From Promethearchaeota archaeon (lineage in GTDB: Archaea > Asgardarchaeota > Lokiarchaeia > Sigyniarchaeales > Promethearchaeaceae), in the NCBI GenBank assembly GCA_016933055.1, contig JAFGBS010000009.1:570001-602000 (forward strand): 32,000 bases of DNA, written 5' to 3'. Positions 1 through 7,981 of this stretch are shown here, piece after piece (within the stretch, counting starts at the first letter, position 1; every line of letters begins with the position of its first letter). The notes below the pieces were generated by a model. The model saw only the letters and a list, made by a program, of their open reading frames with translations. It was not told the origin of the DNA and ran no database searches. Made by a program: the position numbers and the translations under genes.

Positions 1-2342
1 GCAATTGCAATTCTTTGTTTTTGACCTCCACTTAGAGTCTGCCCTCGCTCCCCAACCACCGTATCATATCCTTCTGGTAATGACATTATGTATTCATGAA
101 TTTTCGCAACTTTCGCAACAGTTATCATATCTTCCTCTTTAACCCGTTTTTTTCCGTAGCAGATGTTGTTCTTGATGGAACGGGAAAACAAAAAGGACTC
201 TTGAGCAACAATTCCAATTTGTTTTCGATAGTGTTTTAAATCCAGTTCTCTAATATCAATTCCGTCAATATAGATATTTCCAGTCGTTGTATCATAAAAT
301 CTTGGAATCAGATTAATAAGTGTGGTTTTTCCACTTCCTGTTGCTCCTAAAAACGCCACTGTTTCTCCCGTTTTAATGTCAATCGAAATATCCTGCAAAG
401 CTAACTTTGGTGCATGATCTTCCGTGAGATCATCATATGAAAAGCTAACCTCTTTAAATACAACATGACCGTTAAATTCGAATGGAATCACGGGCGTCGA
501 TGAGATTTCTTCAAATTTTGAATTCAGATGAATAGGATCAATTTTGGGGATGATTACTTCTTGAGGGATATCCAGAGGGATTTTTTTCATTCGCTTTTTA
601 TGAATCTTTTCAAACTGCTTGCGCAGTACTTCTTTTTCTAAACGTAAAAATGATAATGCATCTTGAGTAATTACTTTTGAACCGGTGGCGGTATCTTTTC
701 GAGTAGCTGGAACAATTCCTTTTTTAATTAATAATTTTTCATACTTTTTAGCTATTTCTATATGAACAAGAGGTTCGGGAGAATACATGGTTTTTTGGAG
801 CTCAATCACGCGATTTTGTTCATAATCATTTTCTGAGAAATATTCAATGTATAATAGCAGAGAGTCCATAGGATCTTTTCGTAGTTCAACTAGGGTAGTA
901 TCATAAATATTTCTTAAACGTCTATATACGTTTTCCATAAGATCGTTGTTTTCAAGAAGGAACAACAAATATTGGGCAATGAATGAAATTGGATTTGTCA
1001 AATCACTTGGTTTTGGTTCACTTAAAGCAAGTTCCTCCAGTTGTTCTAGGAATTCCGGTCTTTTAGTTAAAATTGCGATTTTCTGAGATAATGGAGTTAT
1101 AAAATTTAACCCATTAAAGATGATCGGTTCATTACCTTTGAAATAAATGGTTTCAACCGCACTAGTTTTGACATTTCGTGGAAGAATTGTTGTCTCTTCA
1201 AATCTTTTCAATATTCGTTTTGCACGTTTTTCCCGACGAGTTTCTTCTGGTTTTGGCATTCCAATAAGGGCATCAATAGTATCTATTATTTTTTCATCCT
1301 TAAGAAGGCGAATATACAGATCCCCCAGTGCTCGACTGGGATCAATAGGTTGATCTGGCACCTGAATCTCATTTCGATTGTCTATTATTTCATTTACTCG
1401 GTCTAATGCTGCTCGATTTGCAGATAATTCATTGAAGAAATTCACAATCATCCGAATGGGTTCATAAATCGTGATAAAATATACAAAAGTTGCTACAACA
1501 GATCCCAGAGAAAATACCCTGTCCCCAGGATGAGTAATTAACCATCCTCCAATAAATACAACAATGGCGCTTCCTGCCATTGTAAAATATTCAGATAAAG
1601 GAGAATATAAAGTCTGTAATCGAATAACTTGTTTACTTTTATTTAAAAAGTCCTCGTTATCTCTGTTATATTTATCCATCTCCATTTTTTGGCGACCAAA
1701 AGCTTTAACAACTCTCACACCCGTGATATTTTCTTCAATAGTGGATAGCATTTCTCCGCGGGCCTCATACATAGCCAGGGAAGAAGGATGGATTCGTTTG
1801 CGGTACCATCCCATGAGGATAAATAGAGGAGGGGTTAATCCTATGAAAACAAACGACATTATGGGATTTATCTGCCAGACATAATAAATTATTATAAACA
1901 AGGAAACCACATTCCGAATTAGATTTTGGAATTGATTTGCTAAGAAATTCTTTATAGCGTTTACATCCGATGTCGCTTTACTCATCAAATTGCCCGTCCG
2001 ATTTTTATCGTAGAAACTGTAACTTTGACGGGACAATGCCACAAAAATGTCATTGCGGATATTAAAAATAATATTTGTTCTCAAATTTTGCTGAACAATC
2101 ATCCTAACTAGCTCACAGATTCCCGCAATAAAGAAAATCAGAGCAAGTTGAATTATAAAAGTTCGAATGAGTCCAAATTGTCTTTTTTTTATAATATCAT
2201 CGATTAACACCGAAAAAAATTGGGGTAATCTCAGTGAAAATATATTTGAAGCAGTTGCGAATATCACTGATACTAGGATCAAATACCAGTATTTTTTGAA
2301 ATATTTTGCTAACACACCTTGCTTCTGGTTGGGATAGCTCAT
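1..2342 (-). CDS. ABC exporter, fused TMD+NBD (MsbA/Sav1866/TmrAB-like type IV), 3' end outside the window; contains an about 300-aa TMD-NBD linker
   Basis: Manual translation of the minus strand, open from ATG at 2342 to the window edge: MSYPNQKQGV..., SFYDKNRTGNLMSKATSDV, EENITGVRVVKAFGRQ, Walker A GATGSGKTT (about 345-320), Q-loop IGIVAQESFLF, signature VGERGQTLSGGQKQRIAIA at the edge. Absent from the ORF track because it has no stop in the window. Confidence 0.95.
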   Translation of the reverse strand, partial: MSYPNQKQGVLAKYFKKYWYLILVSVIFATASNIFSLRLPQFFSVLIDDIIKKRQFGLIRTFIIQLALIFFIAGICELVRMIVQQNLRTNIIFNIRNDIFVALSRQSYSFYDKNRTGNLMSKATSDVNAIKNFLANQFQNLIRNVVSLFIIIYYVWQINPIMSFVFIGLTPPLFILMGWYRKRIHPSSLAMYEARGEMLSTIEENITGVRVVKAFGRQKMEMDKYNRDNEDFLNKSKQVIRLQTLYSPLSEYFTMAGSAIVVFIGGWLITHPGDRVFSLGSVVATFVYFITIYEPIRMIVNFFNELSANRAALDRVNEIIDNRNEIQVPDQPIDPSRALGDLYIRLLKDEKIIDTIDALIGMPKPEETRREKRAKRILKRFEETTILPRNVKTSAVETIYFKGNEPIIFNGLNFITPLSQKIAILTKRPEFLEQLEELALSEPKPSDLTNPISFIAQYLLFLLENNDLMENVYRRLRNIYDTTLVELRKDPMDSLLLYIEYFSENDYEQNRVIELQKTMYSPEPLVHIEIAKKYEKLLIKKGIVPATRKDTATGSKVITQDALSFLRLEKEVLRKQFEKIHKKRMKKIPLDIPQEVIIPKIDPIHLNSKFEEISSTPVIPFEFNGHVVFKEVSFSYDDLTEDHAPKLALQDISIDIKTGETVAFLGATGSGKTTLINLIPRFYDTTTGNIYIDGIDIRELDLKHYRKQIGIVAQESFLFSRSIKNNICYGKKRVKEEDMITVAKVAKIHEYIMSLPEGYDTVVGERGQTLSGGQKQRIAI

Positions 2343-2546
2343 GATACCACAGAATCGGATTCGTCAAACGACAATAAAGTACCATCATTTAAAAAGGAAT
2401 TGAGCTAATAGGGTTGATTCTTACATTATTTTCTTGAAAGTTTAAACAGCTAATTAAGTAAAACTTAACTTTCTCTAAAGGAATGTCTTTCTGTGCATGA
2501 AAAAATTGGCTCTTATTATAATTTTATTCGTTTATAGGTAACGATT

Positions 2547-3941
2547 TCAATCTCTTTTTGTCGACTTCTCAAATATATGAAATTCCCTTCTGATTATCTC
2601 CGTATTATCATCATATAAAGACTTCTTATCTGCAAATAACTGAAGATCTTGATCAGATTTTTCTGCAATGAAACTATTGCCATAGATTGAAACTGGATAG
2701 CATCCGAATTCTGCAGCAATGTCTTCTATGTTAATTCTATAGCGTCCACCATCTAATGTCTCCACAGCGGGAGAAGTTACGACGATCCGGTGTCTCTCTT
2801 TAAGAATTTTGGATCCTTCTGAAAATAGTTTAGAATAGCTTGGAACAACAAGCTGCTCCATAACTGGTGATAACTGTTCATACCGAGGTAATTCTCGATA
2901 AAAAGGTAATAAATAAGGTTCAGAAACAATACCATCAAAAGAAAATTCCTTGAAAATGGAGGACAAATTTGCAATATCCCCCTCTTTATATTGATTTGCA
3001 TTGATTTTTTGAGGATTTTCAAGAATCTTTGAAACCCATTTAAGATTCTTAAGCGTTCCTTTGATGCGTTCAGGTTCAAGATCCATTCCATAAGTTTGGA
3101 TCCCCATGGTGTGTGCAAACAATAAAATGGTTCCTGAACCACAGAAAGGATCCAATATCCGATTACTAGCATTGGGTTTCTTTAAATGTAGTAGTCCTAA
3201 CATGATCTTTGCAAACTTCGGAGGAATACTGGATTTCACGTCCTTGTAAGGACGGTTCTCATCTAATTTTTTCATCTCATTCGAATTCGTAACATTTATT
3301 GTGTAGCCAATATGTATTCCCTCTTCGGTCATAACATACAACAATTCTTTGCGGTGATCTTGAAAGAGTTTATAAGCCCAGAAATGATGGGGAAAGAGAG
3401 GATTTAATGTGCCTTTATTAATTCGATCCTCAGGATAACGATAATATAATGCATTTTTTGCTCCTTTCTCTTTTAAAATTTTCATCCATTCTTTATTTAA
3501 GAAAGGTAGAAAATGCTGAACAAGAGTTTTATAATAGGCTTTTTGGAATGTAATACCGTAGATGGAATTTGCAACAAAATATTTAATCGGTTGAATTTTT
3601 CCAAAAATAGGGTAACAAGCATCCTTAAGGATATTTTCGATGTATTTTCGTTGTTTGGATTGGATTGTCATCTCAGATGTTATTTCTTTGGGAAAAGCTT
3701 CTTGAAAAGTTCGTAAATCAATAAATTCAACCAGTTTACCGATCTTTTGGGTTCCTCCTAATTGAAACATTAACCAGTCAAAATTTTTATCTTTTATAGG
3801 TTCCTGTTCAAATTCTACAACAGCGCCGGATGCAGAATAATCAGTTACACGACCTTTATATGGGGGACACTCCAAAATATTATTAATCTCAGCTAGTGAA
3901 AGTCTCCAGTTTGTACCTAAGATGAAAATGAATCTAGACAT
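2547..3941 (-). CDS. THUMP/UPF0020-type tRNA guanine-N2 methyltransferase (Trm11/TrmG10-like)
   Basis: N-terminal FILGTNWRLSLAE resembles the Trm11 start; IPPKFAKIML; SAM motif LDPFCGSGTILL; motif IV is EPY rather than DPPY. Confidence 0.75.
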   Translation of the reverse strand: MSRFIFILGTNWRLSLAEINNILECPPYKGRVTDYSASGAVVEFEQEPIKDKNFDWLMFQLGGTQKIGKLVEFIDLRTFQEAFPKEITSEMTIQSKQRKYIENILKDACYPIFGKIQPIKYFVANSIYGITFQKAYYKTLVQHFLPFLNKEWMKILKEKGAKNALYYRYPEDRINKGTLNPLFPHHFWAYKLFQDHRKELLYVMTEEGIHIGYTINVTNSNEMKKLDENRPYKDVKSSIPPKFAKIMLGLLHLKKPNASNRILDPFCGSGTILLFAHTMGIQTYGMDLEPERIKGTLKNLKWVSKILENPQKINANQYKEGDIANLSSIFKEFSFDGIVSEPYLLPFYRELPRYEQLSPVMEQLVVPSYSKLFSEGSKILKERHRIVVTSPAVETLDGGRYRINIEDIAAEFGCYPVSIYGNSFIAEKSDQDLQLFADKKSLYDDNTEIIRREFHIFEKSTKRD

Positions 3942-4068
3942 TGTGGTAATTTTCCATAATTATATTTGTGCATTGGTATTATCGGGATTTCATTAGGTTT
4001 TTCATTTCCATGAAAATTAATCTGATAAAGGGGATAATTCAAATAGCAAAGGAAATATTAGACAACCC

Positions 4069-5193
4069 ATGGAACAAAATCTCAAATCTATATGCTTTGA
4101 TTATTCTCATAACAATCGATTAACGATTGAAAATACAGCTTATGCAGATTTTATCCATTTTCTTTTTACAAGTAGTTATAAGGTTGGGAAAATAACTACA
4201 GGAATCACTTCCGAAAAGTTAGAACCTTACGACGTATTAGTTCTTGGGAGTCCCCTTGAATCTACCTTAACACCGTATGAAATTGAAATAATATTGGAGT
4301 TTGTCAAACAAGGGGGTGGTTTATTGGTCATCAATGATGATGGTGGAGATGAAGGAAATAAAACTAATCTAAATGATTTAACATCTATATTCGGTTTCAA
4401 GTTTAATCCAGATGTATTATCAGACAGTATGAATTATATCCGTCAACAAAACCGACCCCTCATCTCCAAATTAGAGAAACATTACGTAACCCAAGAAGTG
4501 GAGGAATTTGTTCACGCTTCTGGATGTACACTCACGGTAGAAGAAATCCTATCGGAGGATCCCAATGTTGATATACACATCTTGGCTCGTAGTGGTTTGA
4601 ATGCATTCACCAAATTACTAAATGGAGATGAAAGCGACAGTCCTAATGTCCCTGTTCTTGTGGGTGTGAATTATTATAAGGGAAAAGTAGTCGGAATTGG
4701 AAATCTGTCCTTTTTGTCCTCCCTAAGTTCTAGTTACGGATTTAATGCCTATGACAATAACGTCTTAGCATCTAATATCTTCAATTGGCTAGGGTATTCC
4801 ATGGAATCTAATGGACTGTCCTATGAAAATAAAATTGTGAGTGTTCCTCTCAACTATGCATTGTATATATGGGTAGAAAAACTGATAGAAAACCAAGAAT
4901 GGGGTTCCTTTAGTGATATTACCAACTTTGCTTTAAAATATGTGAAAGATCATTATGATCGAGTCATTGAGGAAAGTACAGCAATAAAGAAAAAACTACA
5001 GGAACTCAAAGATGAAAAGAAGAAGGATGCAAAAGCAAAGGCTCAAAAGTTGGACAAAGAAAGAAAGAAGAGTTTAGAGGAAATAGAAGACTCGTTATAT
5101 AATCTATTGGATGAGAAAGAAAAACGAGAAAAAGATACAATCAAAGATATAATGAGTGCGTTAAAGAAATATGAAGAGAAAGGCGAAGATTAA
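4069..5193 (+). CDS. Soluble GIFT (GldG/IFT52/DUF4350-like) domain protein with a putative RHH segment and C-terminal coiled coil
   Basis: DVLVLGSP...EFVKQGGGLLVINDDGGDEGNKTNLNDLTSIFGFKFNPD...GKVVGIG...DNNVLASNIFNWL pattern; highly charged helical C-terminus; no signal peptide or TM segment seen. Confidence 0.6.
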   Translation: MEQNLKSICFDYSHNNRLTIENTAYADFIHFLFTSSYKVGKITTGITSEKLEPYDVLVLGSPLESTLTPYEIEIILEFVKQGGGLLVINDDGGDEGNKTNLNDLTSIFGFKFNPDVLSDSMNYIRQQNRPLISKLEKHYVTQEVEEFVHASGCTLTVEEILSEDPNVDIHILARSGLNAFTKLLNGDESDSPNVPVLVGVNYYKGKVVGIGNLSFLSSLSSSYGFNAYDNNVLASNIFNWLGYSMESNGLSYENKIVSVPLNYALYIWVEKLIENQEWGSFSDITNFALKYVKDHYDRVIEESTAIKKKLQELKDEKKKDAKAKAQKLDKERKKSLEEIEDSLYNLLDEKEKREKDTIKDIMSALKKYEEKGED

Positions 5194-5265
5194 GACTTAA
5201 GATTCGATAATGATACATAAAAACCGTCCAGTTCTCCGACACATTCATTTTATGAATTATACTTC

Positions 5266-5281
5266 AAAAGTTTTTTAAATA
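5266..5281 (+). promoter_or_regulatory. Putative archaeal BRE/TATA promoter for the 5358 gene cluster
   Basis: aaaagttttttaaata; followed by a 9-bp hairpin (taagaagaa/ttcttctta, 5296-5326) and SD-like aaggagg before ATG 5358. Confidence 0.4.
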
Positions 5282-5357
5282 CTAAGACCCAAATATAAGA
5301 AGAATGTGGATTAGTCTTTCTTCTTAAGAATACCCATTTGTAAAGGAGGGCTCCCTA

Positions 5358-5624
5358 ATGGTTTATTACAATAAAATTCTTAAAGAGTGCGTCGAAGCAA
5401 TCAATAAATGTGTTGATAAGAATTACACCGACATTACTGTGAAGCGTATTCGAAAATGCAACGACATTCCCTCCTCTGATCGTTCTCGTATTCATTTTAT
5501 TTCCAGAGCTCTTGAAGATCTAAAAACACAAGGACATCTTCAATTAATTGGACGAAATTCACCCAAAGTATATAAAATTTTAAACAAAATTTCTTTTAAG
5601 AGTGTAAAAGATCAGTCTAAATAA
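5358..5624 (+). CDS. Small basic hypothetical protein, putative winged-helix; paralog of 6513..6803
   Basis: 88 aa, SD-like aaggagg upstream, shared motifs with 6513..6803 (VEAIxxxVDK, IxRAL, NxPK-YK). Confidence 0.6.
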   Translation: MVYYNKILKECVEAINKCVDKNYTDITVKRIRKCNDIPSSDRSRIHFISRALEDLKTQGHLQLIGRNSPKVYKILNKISFKSVKDQSK

Positions 5625-5651
5625 GATCTTGATCTACATGGTGATTTTTTT

Positions 5652-6449
5652 TTGAAGATAGGTGTAGCAGGCAAAGGTGGTACGGGAAAAACTTTGATTG
5701 CGGGAACTCTTGCACGGTTTTTCGCAAAATCTTTCAAAGTACTGGCAATAGATAATGATCCCTCTATGAATTTGATCTATTCCTTGGGAATGGATCCGGC
5801 ATTACGCAATGAGATTACACCGATTGCCCATATGACAAAACTAGTCCTAGAACGAACGAGTATAGAAGGAGCAGGATCAGTTATTTATAAAGCTAATCCC
5901 TATGTGTCTGATATTCCTGATACCTTTAAGATCCATGGTCCTGATAATCTAGAACTGCTTGTATTAGGAACGGTGGAGCAACCCAGCTCGGGATGTTTAT
6001 GCGCACCTAATGTACTAGTACGTTCATTGCTTTCTGATTTGATTCTGAACCGCGATGAAGTGGTTATTGTGGATTTCGAAGCCGGAATAGAACACATTAG
6101 TCGGGGTACCGGTAAATCTATTGATGTAATGCTAATTGTTACAGGAGCTTATCAAAAAAGTCTGGATCTAACTGAAAAATTATCTAGATTATCACAGGAA
6201 TTAGGTATTAAGAAGACTTTTCTCATAGGTAACATGATAGAAAATAAACAATCTGAAGAATTTTTACATAATTGGGCGGAAGATAATAGCCTTGAGATAA
6301 TTGGTATAATTCCACGAGATCCAGATATTATTCGATGTGAACAAATTGGCGAGTCTCCATATGATACCATTCGAATGACCTCTCCGGCATTGAACGAGAT
6401 AAAACGCATTTTTCAAAATCTAAAGCGGTATTATATCGACTCAGAATAA
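5652..6449 (+). CDS. cooC: CooC/AcsF-family nickel-binding ATPase (MinD/ParA superfamily)
   Basis: Deviant Walker A GKGGTGKT, IDNDP, metal-binding GCLC, VIVDFEAGIEHISRG; TTG start. Confidence 0.9.
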   Translation: MKIGVAGKGGTGKTLIAGTLARFFAKSFKVLAIDNDPSMNLIYSLGMDPALRNEITPIAHMTKLVLERTSIEGAGSVIYKANPYVSDIPDTFKIHGPDNLELLVLGTVEQPSSGCLCAPNVLVRSLLSDLILNRDEVVIVDFEAGIEHISRGTGKSIDVMLIVTGAYQKSLDLTEKLSRLSQELGIKKTFLIGNMIENKQSEEFLHNWAEDNSLEIIGIIPRDPDIIRCEQIGESPYDTIRMTSPALNEIKRIFQNLKRYYIDSE

Positions 6450-6512
6450 CTTTAAAAAGTACCAAATAGAATTGGTTTTAACGTACCTAATTATCACTTC
6501 CATTGAAATAAT

Positions 6513-6803
6513 ATGTTTGATCGATTTAAAAAAAAGGAAAAACCATTGCGGGAATTTCTTGTTGAAGCCATTGATTTTTTGGTAGATAAACAAGTTTCTG
6601 AGACTCTAATACTGTCTAGTTATAAAATCAATACGGTTTTTAAGACTAATTTCGGAGTTACCTTTCGAGTTGATCGTATAGGAAGAGCCCTTAGTAGGTT
6701 TGCTAAAAAGAACAAATTGGAGCGACTAGATACTAATATTCCTAAATATAAATTAACTGTCTCTCAATACCGTGCTTCTAAAATAGATGATGACGAGGAA
6801 TAA
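6513..6803 (+). CDS. Small hypothetical protein, putative winged-helix; paralog of 5358..5624
   Basis: 96 aa with the same motif spacing as 5358..5624; acidic tail DDDEE. Confidence 0.6.
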   Translation: MFDRFKKKEKPLREFLVEAIDFLVDKQVSETLILSSYKINTVFKTNFGVTFRVDRIGRALSRFAKKNKLERLDTNIPKYKLTVSQYRASKIDDDEE

Positions 6804-6830
6804 ATTCAAACTACGTATTATTCATAAACA

Positions 6831-7613
6831 ATGATTTTTATGAGCGAAAAAGCATACATTCGTTCTATTGAACGGGGTGTTTCCTTCCTTAAAAAAACTA
6901 TGGAGTTGAAAAATCCCAGAAGAACAATCAAAATGGGAAGAAAATCGGTAAAATTTCTTAGAAAAGCTATAACGATCGCAGAAAAGATTGGATTACGAAA
7001 AAAGATTCCTTTTATCTACGAATATTTACAACAAGTACAGGCTACATTAGGTGCTAATTACTTAGAGTTGAAGAAACATCAAGATGCGATTAAAATTTTT
7101 CAACATGCATTGGAATCAAATTCCAAATCTCCACAAAACACAAAACAAATAGAAATTAAATCCCTTCTTCTTGCCGAATTAGCGAAAATTTATGCCAATG
7201 ATTTGGGCAATTTGAAGAAAGCAGAAAAGTATGCGAATCGCTCCCTTAAATTGGGATTAGATAAGAATTATAACCAAGAGGATCTCTTGGATCTATATCT
7301 TGCCCTTAATTCAATTTATTTAAGAATAGGAAATATTGATAAAATTAGTAAAAATTATCGAATGATGGTGAAACTGGCAAAGAGAGACAAACGTAAGCAG
7401 TTAAAGGCGCAAATATATTACACCTATGGAAAATTCTTGCATAGTATCAAAAATGACGCCGGGGAGAGTCGAAAATATTTACGGAAATCTCAAACATTAT
7501 TCGAATCTTTAGGATCCCATCAACTTTGTGAAGAAGTGACAAAATTTATTGAAGAAAATTTGAGTCCTATCGACTCGAATAATCACATAACGGATAATCT
7601 AAACCCTTCTTAA
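6831..7613 (+). CDS. TPR-like helical repeat protein
   Basis: Repeated TPR-like helices (LGANYLELKKHQDAIKIFQHAL; LAKIYANDLGNLKKAEKYANRSL; YGKFLHSIK..ESRKYLRKSQTLF). The start may be ATG 6840. Confidence 0.7.
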   Translation: MIFMSEKAYIRSIERGVSFLKKTMELKNPRRTIKMGRKSVKFLRKAITIAEKIGLRKKIPFIYEYLQQVQATLGANYLELKKHQDAIKIFQHALESNSKSPQNTKQIEIKSLLLAELAKIYANDLGNLKKAEKYANRSLKLGLDKNYNQEDLLDLYLALNSIYLRIGNIDKISKNYRMMVKLAKRDKRKQLKAQIYYTYGKFLHSIKNDAGESRKYLRKSQTLFESLGSHQLCEEVTKFIEENLSPIDSNNHITDNLNPS

Positions 7614-7804
7614 TGCATTGCGAATATATTTTAACTCCCTTTTCTTATGTTCGTAATAGCTCAATTTAAGTTGAAAATTGAAGAACCTCCTCAATTCATA
7701 ATGAAATTTAAAGCCTTAAATAGGGAAATAAAATAGTTTTTGAAAGATTAATCATTTATCTAGTATAAAACTCTATATAAAGTATTAATGTTTTCCACAA
7801 AGAC

Positions 7805-7971
7805 TTATATATTGAAAAATCTTAACGGATATAGAGAAAACCTAATAATACCTATTATGGTCTACAAATTGGTTTAAACTTTGATTAAACCAGCGCATGT
7901 CTTAAAAATAAGATTAAGCTTGAAATTTAAGACACATGCCTTAGCAAAAACAACGAACATTAGGAGGAGGT
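7805..7971 (+). promoter_or_regulatory. Putative TATA box, two-hairpin leader and strong SD upstream of the B12-binding gene
   Basis: ttatatat 7805-7812; ggtttaa/ttaaacc (7871-7891); gcatgtcttaaa/tttaagac(ac)atgc (7895-7939); aggaggaggt 7962-7971. Confidence 0.4.
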
Positions 7972-7981
7972 TAAAAGTCAA

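Noticed and set aside
482-1379. ABC linker insert as an intein or mobile intron
   Set aside because: There is no Cys/Ser start with His-Asn end, no LAGLIDADG motif, and the frame is continuous with no splice-junction features.
1147-2388. Track ORFs 1147..1353, 1564..1884 and 2197..2388
   Set aside because: They are antisense or out-of-frame shadows of the ABC exporter CDS (1..2342, minus strand).
7860-7981. Cobalamin riboswitch upstream of the B12-binding gene
   Set aside because: The conserved riboswitch elements (GGGAA, GCCACTG, B12 box) are not visible. Kept only as an unnamed structured leader.
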